Assembly: GCA_964510245.1 (NCBI GenBank)
Contig: CAZEAO010000001.1
Span: forward strand, 1 to 38,513
Length of the DNA: 38,513 bases
Direction: 5' to 3'
From: an uncultured Piscirickettsiaceae bacterium
GTDB taxonomy: Bacteria; Pseudomonadota; Gammaproteobacteria; PS1; Pseudothioglobaceae
Positions within the stretch are counted from its first letter, which is position 1. The number at the start of each line of letters is the position of its first letter. This document shows positions 1 to 10,122 of this stretch, in pieces. The notes beneath the pieces are model-generated. The model was not told the origin of the DNA and did no database searches. It worked only from the letters and a program-made list of their open reading frames with translations. A program made the position numbers and the translations under genes.

Positions 1-43
1 CACGAGTGCCCACACAAGTTGCTTGATAAATTGTTAAAGAACT
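1..43 (-). promoter_or_regulatory. rRNA operon leader: boxA antitermination element and boxC; the 16S gene is expected beyond the left edge of the window
   Basis: The reverse complement reads GTTCTTTAACAATTTATCAAGCAACTTGTGTGGGCACTCG. This closely matches the E. coli rrn leader (TGCTCTTTAACAATTTATCAGACAATCTGTGTGGGCACTCG). BoxA is at about 32-43 and boxC (TGTGTGGG) at 9-16. Confidence 0.88.
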
Positions 44-82
44 ACCACTCAAAAAGATTGTTTTGTGCGGTGAAAGCGAGAA

Positions 83-140
83 ATTATACATGCTCAAATC
101 CTAGCGTCAAGCTATATTTCTATTTTTTAGAAAATAAAGT
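83..140 (-). promoter_or_regulatory. sigma70 rRNA promoter (-35 TTGACG, 16-bp spacer, -10 TATAAT) with AT-rich UP-like element
   Basis: On the - strand, TTGACG lies at 110-105 and TATAAT at 88-83. The 16-bp spacer is typical of rrn promoters. A/T tracts occupy 111-140, and the promoter sits just upstream of boxA. Confidence 0.85.
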
Positions 141-262
141 TTAAAGGTCAAAAACCATCAAGTAAATCTTACAAAAAATAGTGATTTAAATCAACAATAT
201 AGGGAAGAAGCGAGGAGTGCAATAACTTCCTAATTTTTTCTCTCGAAACCCACTATTATACT

Positions 263-1606
263 CTATTTGCCAATGCAAAAAGAAGAGAAGATTTCACCCA
301 AAAGATCATCCGATGAAAATTCACCTGTTATTTGACCAAGTTTTATGCCTGCCTGACGAAGATCTTCAGCAACCAGCTCACTGCTACCCTCATTTAATTG
401 GTTGATAGCACTGCTAATTAAATGAAGTGTTTCCTCAATTGCATCAATGTGTCTTTTTCGAGCTATAAATACTCCTTCAATGTTTGAATTTAAGCCTGCA
501 AAATCAGAGAGCACATCTCGAACTAAATCGATGCCTTCTCCATTTTTTGCAGAAACTGCAATCTCCATAACATTGTTATTTTTTTGAACTGATGTTTTAT
601 GATTAACTAGGTCAATTTTATTTCTAATTATTATTTTGGGTTTATTTTTAACTGAATCAGGCAAAATCGATAAATCTGCACTTGAATCACTCGTATCATA
701 AACAAGCAATACAACATCAGCATTACTGATTTCGTTGTGTGCCCTTCTTATACCCTCTTGCTCAATAACGTTATCACTATTATGTAGACCAGCAGTATCT
801 ATTATATGGATAGGCATTCCATCAACATGGATAGTCTCTTTTAAAACATCTCTTGTTGTACCTGCAATATCAGTCACAATTGCACTGGACTGTTGTGTTA
901 ACGCATTAAGCAAACTTGACTTGCCTGCATTCGGCTTGCCTGCAATTACCACATGTATACCATCTCTTAGAATGGCGCCTTGGTTTGCGGTTTCAAGAAT
1001 ATTTAAAAGCGACTTTTTTAGATTATGAAGTTTATTTGATATTTCATGAGACTCCAAAAAATCAATCTCTTCGTCAGAAAAATCAATAGTAGCCTCAACA
1101 AAAACTCTTAATGAAATTAATTCAGAGAGTATTTGATTAATTTTTTTTGAAAACTCACCAGTCAAGGATCTAACTGCACTTAAAGCTGACTCCTCTGAGT
1201 TTGATTGAATCAAATCTTGAACGGCCTCTGCCTGAACCAAATCCATTTTACCATTCAAGAATGCTCTTTTTGTAAACTCTCCAGGCTCGGCAAGACGAAT
1301 ATCATTAGTTGTGATTGTTTCTATAAGTTTTCTTAGAACGCTGATGCCTCCATGACCTTGAAACTCGACAACATTCTCCCCAGTATAGGAGTTTGGGCTA
1401 GGAAAAAAAATGGCCACACCTTTGTCAATAACATTGTTGTCATGGTCAAAAAAAGCTCCGTAATATGCATATCTAGAATTTAATTTCTGATGAAGAATTT
1501 TTTCAGAAATAGTCTGAGCAAGAGGGCCTGATACTCTAACTATGCCAACACCGCTTTGACCTAATGCTGTGGCAAGGGCACAGATTGTTTCTACTTTATG
1601 AGTCAC
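263..1606 (-). CDS. mnmE: tRNA modification GTPase MnmE (TrmE)
   Basis: Motifs GKPNAGKSS, GTTRD, DTAG and NKID; C-terminal FSSFCIGK. Confidence 0.97.
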   Translation of the reverse strand: MTHKVETICALATALGQSGVGIVRVSGPLAQTISEKILHQKLNSRYAYYGAFFDHDNNVIDKGVAIFFPSPNSYTGENVVEFQGHGGISVLRKLIETITTNDIRLAEPGEFTKRAFLNGKMDLVQAEAVQDLIQSNSEESALSAVRSLTGEFSKKINQILSELISLRVFVEATIDFSDEEIDFLESHEISNKLHNLKKSLLNILETANQGAILRDGIHVVIAGKPNAGKSSLLNALTQQSSAIVTDIAGTTRDVLKETIHVDGMPIHIIDTAGLHNSDNVIEQEGIRRAHNEISNADVVLLVYDTSDSSADLSILPDSVKNKPKIIIRNKIDLVNHKTSVQKNNNVMEIAVSAKNGEGIDLVRDVLSDFAGLNSNIEGVFIARKRHIDAIEETLHLISSAINQLNEGSSELVAEDLRQAGIKLGQITGEFSSDDLLGEIFSSFCIGK

Positions 1607-3158
1607 TTGAAAAGTATTCTTCTAAAAATTGATCAAAACTTACTTTGTCGCCAGATTCTATTTCCAGTTGCTTTTCATTTGAGCTGATTTTTTGTTTTTC
1701 GAGCTCTGAAAAGTATCCATCACTTATTTCCATATCTCTATAGAGTTTTTGGTATTGTCTGCTGAACTGGTCTGTATACTCAAAAAACCCTTTTTCTTGA
1801 TGTTTCATCTCGTTTAGAATTTCAGCTGATGGCGTGAGATCGGAATCATTAATCCTGTGAGAAATTTTGTTGATAGAGTCCTGATGGCTCTCACTTAAAA
1901 GAACTGAACATTCATTAATTCTTTTTAGTATGCTTTCACCCCAACTCTTCAACTTTATCTCTTGTCCTTGGCGTTTTAGTCTTAATCCTGGCTCTCTTCC
2001 TCTATGAGCAACTAAATTAGCATTGATATCTATTTCATTTATCTCAGAGGTTGAAACTGCTGGTGAATCTTCAAGCAAACAAAACAACATAAATGATTCA
2101 AGAAATTTAACTTGAGCTTCGTCAATGCCATCCTTTATCAAAGGATTAACATCTAGCGATCTCAATTCAATATAACCAACACCTCCATTTAAAAGAGCAC
2201 CTAACGGTCTATCGCTGCCATTGATTATTGGTTTTGGCCTTACTGAAGAATAGTACTCATTTGCAATCTGAAGGATATTGGTATTGAGTTGTAGATACTC
2301 TCCATCTTTTTTAATTCCAACGGCTTCAAAATCCTCACTCACGGTTTGCATTGCAGCCCTTAAGCTATATATATAGTGTCTCAAACTATTGTAGTTAGCT
2401 TTGACTCCTTTCTTATCCTCTTGGGAGTTTTGATAACCAATATCTCCCATTCTCAAAGAAGTTGCATAAGGAAGATACAAAGTATTATCGTCAAACTCTT
2501 CTAAGTTATGGTCGTGGTAATCCTGTAAAAAAGATTTACAGACTGTGGCTGATGCCCCAAATAAATAGGTAATTAGCCATCCATATCTCAAAACATTTCG
2601 AGTTAAGCCCATATAGTGATGACTAATAAATCGTTTCGTGTCTACTTTGCTTTTTGGCGCTATCACTTGACGATAGGACTCCCAAAACTCCAACGAAAAT
2701 GAATAATTAAAATGTATTCCTGCGATAGCTTGCATAACACTTCCATATCGATTTGCAAGCCCGCGACGATAAACGGTCTTCATTTTTCCGAGATTTGACT
2801 CACCATAATAAGCAATTGGAATATTGGTTTTGCCTCTTAAGATGCAGGGCATACTGGCAGGCCAGAAACGCTCACCATTTGGTAAGTGATGATTAATATA
2901 GTGGTTAATTTTAGATAACTCTTCTACCACTTTAGTGGCGCCTTTAGTTGGGCGCGTTACTATCTCAACCAGAGCCTCACTAAAGTCAGTAGTAATTTCT
3001 GGATGGGTCAATGCCGAACCAAAACTTTCTGGATGCGGCGTTTGGGCAATACTGCCATCTTTAGCAACACGTAAACCCTCTTTTTCTATTCCAATTAGAT
3101 TTTCACCTAAACTGTCTTTAGAGAAATACAGTGAATTAATTTTTTCTTGAAGACTCAC
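1596..3158 (-). CDS. gshA: glutamate--cysteine ligase
   Basis: Motifs GIEKEGLRV, HPEITTDFSEALVE, GIHFNYS, ATSLRM and YIELRSLDVNP. Confidence 0.96.
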   Translation of the reverse strand: MSLQEKINSLYFSKDSLGENLIGIEKEGLRVAKDGSIAQTPHPESFGSALTHPEITTDFSEALVEIVTRPTKGATKVVEELSKINHYINHHLPNGERFWPASMPCILRGKTNIPIAYYGESNLGKMKTVYRRGLANRYGSVMQAIAGIHFNYSFSLEFWESYRQVIAPKSKVDTKRFISHHYMGLTRNVLRYGWLITYLFGASATVCKSFLQDYHDHNLEEFDDNTLYLPYATSLRMGDIGYQNSQEDKKGVKANYNSLRHYIYSLRAAMQTVSEDFEAVGIKKDGEYLQLNTNILQIANEYYSSVRPKPIINGSDRPLGALLNGGVGYIELRSLDVNPLIKDGIDEAQVKFLESFMLFCLLEDSPAVSTSEINEIDINANLVAHRGREPGLRLKRQGQEIKLKSWGESILKRINECSVLLSESHQDSINKISHRINDSDLTPSAEILNEMKHQEKGFFEYTDQFSRQYQKLYRDMEISDGYFSELEKQKISSNEKQLEIESGDKVSFDQFLEEYFSSDS

Positions 3159-3270
3159 TCTCTTATCTCAAATATTAAATCACTTATTTTACCTCGGTCT
3201 CATCATAACGTAGATAATACAAGGATATCCATAGAATGAATAATGTTTATATTAGTCCAACAAAAATGTC

Positions 3271-4182
3271 ATGATTGAAGTTGTAGTTGGAGTTATTCGC
3301 AATAACTCCAAGGAAATATTTATTACCAAGCGCATGAAAAATCAATTTATGTCAGGCTATTGGGAGCTTCCTGGAGGAAAAGTAGAAAATGGCGAAAAAC
3401 ACTCTAGTGCTATTGAGAGAGAACTATATGAAGAGATAGGAATTAAAATTGAAAAGTACAGTCTTTTTCAAACAATACAGCAGCAATATCCCGGCAAGAC
3501 AATCAATCTATCAGTCTATGTAATTGAAAAATATTCTGGCACTCCGGTTGGCAAAGAAGGACAAGATTATTTATGGAGTAGCATTGATAAGCTTGAAAAA
3601 TATAAACTTCTGCCTACAATGTGGAAAATTTTCAAAAGGCTCTCTCTACCTACTTGCTACTGGATTACTCCTGACAACCATAAATCTAATTCCGTTCTTG
3701 AGCAATGCAATCAACGCATTGTTGAGGGTCTGAAAATAATACAACTCAGAAGTAAATCTCAACTCAAAGAGGCTTATATTGAAAAATTTTATAAATTATG
3801 TCAACTCAACCAATCAAAGCTTATCTTGAATATGCCGCATATTTCATTTGATGAGCCTTGCGATGGCTGGCATCTCACTAGTAATAAATTAATGAGCTCA
3901 TCAAAGAAACAATTTCCTGATGATAAGCTTATTGGTGCCTCAGCACATAACATGGAAGAAGTTATGCAAGCGGAAAAAATATTGGCAGATTATGTCAGCC
4001 TATCACCAATCAATAAAACGCTCTCTCATCCTGAAACTAAGCCCCTAGGATGGGAAAGAGTTTCTCAGATTATCAGTCAATGCCAGATACCTGTTTATTT
4101 GCTTGGAGGAATGGAAAAAGACTTTATGGAAAAAGCTTTAATTATAGGTGCTCAGGGTATTGCAGGAATTAGAGGGCTTTAA
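3271..4182 (+). CDS. Nudix (MutT-like) hydrolase fused to a thiamine-phosphate-synthase-like TIM barrel
   Basis: N-terminal Nudix box GGKVENGEKHSSAIERELYEEIG; C-terminal ThiE-like motifs IQLR, GASAH and PVYLLGG. Confidence 0.9.
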   Translation: MIEVVVGVIRNNSKEIFITKRMKNQFMSGYWELPGGKVENGEKHSSAIERELYEEIGIKIEKYSLFQTIQQQYPGKTINLSVYVIEKYSGTPVGKEGQDYLWSSIDKLEKYKLLPTMWKIFKRLSLPTCYWITPDNHKSNSVLEQCNQRIVEGLKIIQLRSKSQLKEAYIEKFYKLCQLNQSKLILNMPHISFDEPCDGWHLTSNKLMSSSKKQFPDDKLIGASAHNMEEVMQAEKILADYVSLSPINKTLSHPETKPLGWERVSQIISQCQIPVYLLGGMEKDFMEKALIIGAQGIAGIRGL

Positions 4183-4445
4183 AGTGGAGATCCTGTGATT
4201 TCGAGATATTTATCTTGAATATCTCGTTTACTCATTTGTACTAAACCGTCAGACCCTCCTTGACAAAGCAAGGTGTCATTAACGAAAATCTGCGGAACCG
4301 TCCTAAAACCTGATTTCACAAAAAAATCAAGTGCGTCACTATCTTCCTGAATATTTAGTGTTTCATATTCGATGTCGAGATTGTCTAGATAATTCTTCGC
4401 AATAGTGCAATAGAAACAGGAATGCGACGTATATACTTTAATCAT
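4179..4445 (-). CDS. glutaredoxin (CxxC = CFYC); probable start is the ATG at 4445
   Basis: CFYC active site, TVPQIF cis-Pro motif and GG motif. Confidence 0.9.
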   Translation of the reverse strand: MIKVYTSHSCFYCTIAKNYLDNLDIEYETLNIQEDSDALDFFVKSGFRTVPQIFVNDTLLCQGGSDGLVQMSKRDIQDKYLEITGSPL

Positions 4446-4534
4446 TTCATTTAATATCAAGGTTAATTATTTAACTCTAATGATAATGGTAAGATCATAA
4501 AAGATGTTTTTAAAACTATGAAAATATTGTGGCT

Positions 4535-5287
4535 TTAACCCCTCAAATACACCCAAGATGAATCACTAGATAAACCTTTGTCAAAACGATAACCTTCATC
4601 TGAAAAATCTTTTAAAGACTCTGGATCTTCTACTCTGTTCCTGATAATGTAATTGACCATTAACCCTCTGGCTCTTTTTGCATAAATTCCTATAACCTTA
4701 TAAGTTTCACCCTTTTTTTCTTTGAAAACGATATCTAGGATATTCGCGTTGAGTGTTTTTTTGTCTACCGCCTTAAAATACTCATTGGAGGCAAGATTAA
4801 TAATTAAATCAGATTCATCTTCATTGAGAACGCTACTTATTTCAGAGCCCCAATAATCATAAAGGTCTCTTCCATTCGAATTGCTGAGTTTTGTGCCCAT
4901 TTCTAGACGATAAGGTTGTATTAAATCAAGTGGCCTAACAACTCCATAAAGACCGGAAATCATTCTGACTTTGCTTTGAGCAAATTCTAAGTCTTCACTT
5001 GATAATTCTGGTGCATTAATACCATTATAAACATCACCCTTGAATGCAAGAATTGCCTGTTTTGCATTGTCAAGTGTGAATGGCATTTTAAACTTCTGAA
5101 ATCGATCAAAATTCAACTCAGATAATTTTTCACTCAGCGACATCAATTTGGAAATTTGCGATTTGCTTTTATTTTTGAGAATTCCAATGAGCTCATTTGA
5201 GCTTTCTAATTGCCTAGCTTGGGAAAAAATATCAACATTGCAATGAGAAAAATCTTGTGTTTTTGAAGGTGAAATTATTGCCAACAT
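4535..5287 (-). CDS. yaaA: peroxide stress protein YaaA (DUF328)
   Basis: Motifs ISPSK, FKGDVY, SGLYG..RPLD.IQPYRLEMG, INLASNEY and AKRARG. Confidence 0.94.
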   Translation of the reverse strand: MLAIISPSKTQDFSHCNVDIFSQARQLESSNELIGILKNKSKSQISKLMSLSEKLSELNFDRFQKFKMPFTLDNAKQAILAFKGDVYNGINAPELSSEDLEFAQSKVRMISGLYGVVRPLDLIQPYRLEMGTKLSNSNGRDLYDYWGSEISSVLNEDESDLIINLASNEYFKAVDKKTLNANILDIVFKEKKGETYKVIGIYAKRARGLMVNYIIRNRVEDPESLKDFSDEGYRFDKGLSSDSSWVYLRG

Positions 5288-5425
5288 ATGACTACAAAAA
5301 TGAAAATAATTCTACCTTAAAATCCCTTTCATAACAATAGATATGGGATAATTTGGGCTTTAATAAATTAAAAAAATAAGGTATACTACTCGGTTCTTCG
5401 GTATTCGTTGTACACTCAAATATTT

Positions 5426-8400
5426 ATGAAAAAAAAGCAATTACAATTGCCAAAAGCGCGTGGGCTCTACGACCCAAATAACGAGAAAGAAAACTGTGGG
5501 GTTGGCTTTATTGCAAACCTAAAATGTAGCTCTTCTCATCAAATTACCCAAGATGCACTCGAGATGCTATCGAGAATGGACCATCGTGGTGCCTGTGGAT
5601 GTGAAGCTAACACAGGTGATGGAGCCGGAATTCTGACCGACATTCCTCATGATTTTTTTTCAGAGGAAATTAAAAAACTTTTTGGAGTCAAAGTCTCAGC
5701 TGGTAATTATGGTGTCGGTAATGTTTTCTTGCCACAAGACTCAAAAGAAAGAGATTACTGTGTATCAGTGATTAATAAAAAAATCAAAGAAGAGGGTCAA
5801 TCTCTAATTGGCTGGAGAGATGTTCCAGTTGACTCAATTAAAGCAGATGTTGGTGACACAGCGCGCGAATCACAACCTGTAATCAAGCAGCTCATCATTG
5901 AAAATTCTAGCAATTTAGAGCAGGATGCTTTTGAATCCATGCTCTATGTTATACGTAAAAATATTTCTAAAATAATCCGAACAGATGAGTCCCTTTCTCA
6001 ATCCTTAATGTTCTATGTCTGTAGTCTATCGACACGAGTAATCATTTACAAAGGTATGTTAATGGGATCTCAATTATTAGACTTCTATAGTGATCTTAGT
6101 AATAAGAAATTCAGCACCTATTTGGCAATGGTGCACTCTCGCTTCTCAACAAATACATTTCCATCCTGGGACAGAGCACAGCCCTGTCGTTTTATGGCTC
6201 ACAATGGAGAAATCAATACTCGACAAGGAAACTATAACTGGATGAGAGCTCGAGAGGGAGTTTTAGAAAGTGATGTGTTTGGTGACAATCTATCTAAAAC
6301 ACTCCCGGTCATTGAAACAGAAGTGTCCGACTCTGGAAGTTTTGATAATGTTCTAGAGTTTTTGTTAATGAACGGAAGATCTCTTCAGGAGGCTGTTTTG
6401 ATGATGGTACCTGAAGCTTGGCAAAATGATACAGAGATGAGCTCCAAGAAAAAGGCATTTTATGAGTACTTTTCAAATGTAATGGAGCCTTGGGATGGAC
6501 CGGCATCAATTGCCTTTACGGATGGACGTTACATTGGAGCTGTTCTTGATAGAAATGGACTTAGACCATCTCGTTACTATTTAACACATGACGATAAAGT
6601 GATTATGGCATCAGAGGTTGGAGTAGTAGATGTTGCAACAAACAATGTAAAAACGAAAGGCAGACTTAGACCTGGAAAAATGTTCCTAGTTGACTTTAAA
6701 AAAGGCAAATTGATTGATGATAACGAGATTAAAAATAGCTTTGCCACAAAAAACCCATATGGTGATTGGCTAAATAATCAAAAAATTTCTTTGAAAGAAA
6801 TTAGTGCAGCTAGCGACTCAAAGGGCTTCTATCCGGATACATTGATAAACCGACTCAAGGCATTTGGTTACAGCACTGAAACTCTTCAGTTTATGTTGCT
6901 ACCTTTGGTTAGTGAACTTAGAGACCCTGTAGGTTCAATGGGAAATGACTCTGCCCTTGCTTGCCTGTCTGATCATTCACGAATTATTTATGATTACTTC
7001 AAGCAACTCTTTGCTCAAGTCACAAACCCTGCAATCGACTCGATTAGGGAAGAAGTTGTCATGTCGTTAAGCTGTTCAATTGGACCGGAAGGTAATCTAT
7101 TAATTGACAAAGAGGAGAATGCTCACAGATTAGTGATTGACCATCCTATACTAACCAATCAAGAAATGGCTACGCTCGACCAATTCGACCATAGGAGCTG
7201 GACAAGCAAGACAATAGATATTACATATGAAACTAATGGCAATCATAATCTTATTGATATGCTTGACTCAATATGTGAACAAAGCACTAAAGCGATTAAT
7301 GATGGTCATAGCCTTGTCATTTTGTCGGACAGGAAATTAAACTCTACTAGAAATGCAGTCAGCTCGCTTCTTGCATCCTCTGCAGTTCATAGACATCTAG
7401 TAGCAAAGCATATGCGTACACAAGTAGGCATCATAGTCGAAACTGGGGAAGCAAGAGAGGTTCATCATTTTTGTCTCTTAACTGGTTTTGGCGCAGACGC
7501 TGTCAATCCATATTTAGCATTTGAGGCTTTATGGCAAGCAAGAAGAGATAAATTAATTAATTTAGATGACGATGACGCTGTTGTTAGTGCATATCGAAAA
7601 GGAATTGCCAAAGGCATGCTGAAAGTTATGGCAAAAATGGGTATTTCAACTCTGGCGTCTTACAAAGGGGCTCAAATTTTTGAGGCTGTTGGTCTTTCAG
7701 ATGAGGTAATGAATAAATGCTTTTTTGAAACCGCTAGTCGAATCAGCGGAGTTGGTTTTGATGTCATCCAAAAAGAGTCTGAAGATCAACACAAAAAAGC
7801 ATTTTTAACCAACTCATTAGACAACCTTGGTCATTATCACTGGAGAAGTGGTGGTGAGAAGCATATGTGGGAGCCGCAAACTATTACTTCTTTGCAGCAA
7901 GCGGCTAGAGGCAATGATCAAAAAGCATATTTGGAATTTTCTAAAAAGTCTAACGAGGAAGGAACAAGAAATTGTACACTTCGTGGCCTTATGTCTTTCA
8001 AAAACGGAGCCCCAATTGATATTGAAGCAGTCGAACCTGCTAAAGAAATAGTCAAAAGATTTGCTACGGGAGCAATGAGTTTTGGATCTATCTCAGCGGA
8101 ATCTCATGAGTCACTTGCAATAGCAATGAATCGTATAGGCGGGAAATCCAATACTGGTGAGGGTGGCGAAGACTCAAAGCGCTGGACTCCAGATGATAAT
8201 GGTGATTCAAGACGAAGTGCAATAAAGCAGGTAGCTTCAGGTCGATTTGGTGTTACGATTGATTATCTTAATAATGCTGATGAGCTCCAAATAAAAGTAT
8301 CTCAAGGAGCTAAACCGGGAGAAGGTGGAGAGCTTCCAGGCGGCAAAGTTGATGAAGGCATTGCAAAAATTCGTTGCTCAACAGCAGGGGTTGGACTCAT

Positions 8401-9943
8401 TAGTCCTCCACCTCATCATGACATATATTCTATTGAAGACCTCTCTCAGCTTATTTTTGATCTTAAACGCTCAAATCCTGAAGCTCGTATCAGTGTCAAA
8501 CTTGTATCCGAGGTTGGTGTTGGCACAGTTGCTGCAGGTGTTACCAAAGCAAAATCTGACCATATAGTTATTGCTGGGCATGATGGAGGAACGGGAGCCT
8601 CTCCACTAACCTCAATTAAACACGCCGGACTACCCTGGGAGCTTGGGGTGGCTGAAACTCATCAAACTCTTGTGATGAATGACCTTCGCTCAAGAGTTGT
8701 AATTCAAACTGATGGGCAACTTAAAACAGGAAGAGATGTTGCAATTGCTGCTTTATTAGGCGCCGAAGAATTTGGCTTTTCTACAGCGCCGCTCATTACT
8801 CTTGGGTGCATTATGATGCGCAAATGCCACTTGAATACTTGCCCTGTTGGCATTGCCACTCAAGATAAAGTGTTACGTAAAAAATTTACTGGCAGGCCTG
8901 AGCATGTCGTTAATTATTTGTTTATGGTTGCTGAAGAATTAAGAAACATTATGGCTGAACTTGGCTTTTCTAAATTAACCGATATGGTAGGAAGAGTTGA
9001 TATGCTTGAAATGAATAAAGCGATTAACCACTGGAAGCAAGACTCTATTGACCTGAGCGCAATATTAACTCCTGCTGAAAATCTATATAGAGATGCTGGA
9101 ACCTATCAAAGCATTAAGCAAGATCACCAACTTGAAGAACAGCTTGATCTTGATTTAATTGAAAAATCCAAAGAAGCGATTGAAAAAAATAGAAGAGTTA
9201 AATTTGACTCGCGCATATCTAATGTAGATAGGGCTGTTGGAGCAATGCTATCCTCTTACGTTGTCAAGTCAAGAAATGGTAATAATCTCCAGGATGGTTC
9301 GATTCATATTAATTTTACGGGCTCTGCGGGGCAATCTCTTGGAGCCTTTCTAGCTCAAGGAATCACACTCTCTGTTGAAGGGGATGCGAACGACTATGTT
9401 GGTAAAGGGCTCTCGGGTGGCCGTGTTATTGTCTACCCTCCAAAGGATTCGACCTATTCCTCTGAAAATGAAATCATTGCCGGAAATGTTTGTGGCTATG
9501 GGGCAACCGGAGGCGAGTTATATCTTTCAGGTCAAGTTGCTGAGCGCTTCTGTGTTCGAAATTCTGGCTTAATTGCTGTTGTAGAAGGAATTGGTGATCA
9601 CGGATGTGAATATATGACTGGTGGAAGAGCTGTCATTCTGGGTGAAGTGGGCCGAAACTTTGGCGCAGGAATGAGTGGTGGTATTGCCTATGTGTACAAC
9701 CCTAATCAAACACTCAAGGAAAGAGCAAATGCTGCAATGATTGATTTTGACCCAATGGACAAGGAGTCACTCGCTGAACTTTATGAGCTTACAAATAAAC
9801 ATTACCGATATACAGGCTCACAAATTGCTAAGCGGATCATTGACAACTGGGATGAAGAAATAGTGAATTTTGTTAAGATTATGCCAAAGGCTTTAAAAGC
9901 AGTTCTTGCTGCTCGCGACAAGAAACACCTCAAAGCTATTTAA
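5426..9943 (+). CDS. gltB: glutamate synthase large subunit; probable start is the ATG at 5426
   Basis: Ntn cysteine CGVGF, HSRFSTNT, QGAKPGEGG, the [3Fe-4S] motif CIMMRKCHLNTCP, and a C-terminal GXGXG beta-helix. Confidence 0.97.
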   Translation: MKKKQLQLPKARGLYDPNNEKENCGVGFIANLKCSSSHQITQDALEMLSRMDHRGACGCEANTGDGAGILTDIPHDFFSEEIKKLFGVKVSAGNYGVGNVFLPQDSKERDYCVSVINKKIKEEGQSLIGWRDVPVDSIKADVGDTARESQPVIKQLIIENSSNLEQDAFESMLYVIRKNISKIIRTDESLSQSLMFYVCSLSTRVIIYKGMLMGSQLLDFYSDLSNKKFSTYLAMVHSRFSTNTFPSWDRAQPCRFMAHNGEINTRQGNYNWMRAREGVLESDVFGDNLSKTLPVIETEVSDSGSFDNVLEFLLMNGRSLQEAVLMMVPEAWQNDTEMSSKKKAFYEYFSNVMEPWDGPASIAFTDGRYIGAVLDRNGLRPSRYYLTHDDKVIMASEVGVVDVATNNVKTKGRLRPGKMFLVDFKKGKLIDDNEIKNSFATKNPYGDWLNNQKISLKEISAASDSKGFYPDTLINRLKAFGYSTETLQFMLLPLVSELRDPVGSMGNDSALACLSDHSRIIYDYFKQLFAQVTNPAIDSIREEVVMSLSCSIGPEGNLLIDKEENAHRLVIDHPILTNQEMATLDQFDHRSWTSKTIDITYETNGNHNLIDMLDSICEQSTKAINDGHSLVILSDRKLNSTRNAVSSLLASSAVHRHLVAKHMRTQVGIIVETGEAREVHHFCLLTGFGADAVNPYLAFEALWQARRDKLINLDDDDAVVSAYRKGIAKGMLKVMAKMGISTLASYKGAQIFEAVGLSDEVMNKCFFETASRISGVGFDVIQKESEDQHKKAFLTNSLDNLGHYHWRSGGEKHMWEPQTITSLQQAARGNDQKAYLEFSKKSNEEGTRNCTLRGLMSFKNGAPIDIEAVEPAKEIVKRFATGAMSFGSISAESHESLAIAMNRIGGKSNTGEGGEDSKRWTPDDNGDSRRSAIKQVASGRFGVTIDYLNNADELQIKVSQGAKPGEGGELPGGKVDEGIAKIRCSTAGVGLISPPPHHDIYSIEDLSQLIFDLKRSNPEARISVKLVSEVGVGTVAAGVTKAKSDHIVIAGHDGGTGASPLTSIKHAGLPWELGVAETHQTLVMNDLRSRVVIQTDGQLKTGRDVAIAALLGAEEFGFSTAPLITLGCIMMRKCHLNTCPVGIATQDKVLRKKFTGRPEHVVNYLFMVAEELRNIMAELGFSKLTDMVGRVDMLEMNKAINHWKQDSIDLSAILTPAENLYRDAGTYQSIKQDHQLEEQLDLDLIEKSKEAIEKNRRVKFDSRISNVDRAVGAMLSSYVVKSRNGNNLQDGSIHINFTGSAGQSLGAFLAQGITLSVEGDANDYVGKGLSGGRVIVYPPKDSTYSSENEIIAGNVCGYGATGGELYLSGQVAERFCVRNSGLIAVVEGIGDHGCEYMTGGRAVILGEVGRNFGAGMSGGIAYVYNPNQTLKERANAAMIDFDPMDKESLAELYELTNKHYRYTGSQIAKRIIDNWDEEIVNFVKIMPKALKAVLAARDKKHLKAI

Positions 9944-10122
9944 ATTGGTATAGCGTCGATTACATCGGCGCTAGTTTCCAGGACGCTATTAACCCCATCT
10001 CCAACGACAGGTATCACAGAAACCAGTGCACCAGTTATCCTCATGGGAACAGTAACCACCTTGGTAAAAACACAACTAGATAAACATACAGGCACTAGAC
10101 TTAATGCTATTAGCCTTTTCAT
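9940..10122 (-). CDS. small lipoprotein of unknown function
   Basis: Signal peptide MKR plus hydrophobic stretch and lipobox LSS-C; ATGA overlap with the folA stop. Confidence 0.75.
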   Translation of the reverse strand: MKRLIALSLVPVCLSSCVFTKVVTVPMRITGALVSVIPVVGDGVNSVLETSADVIDAIPI

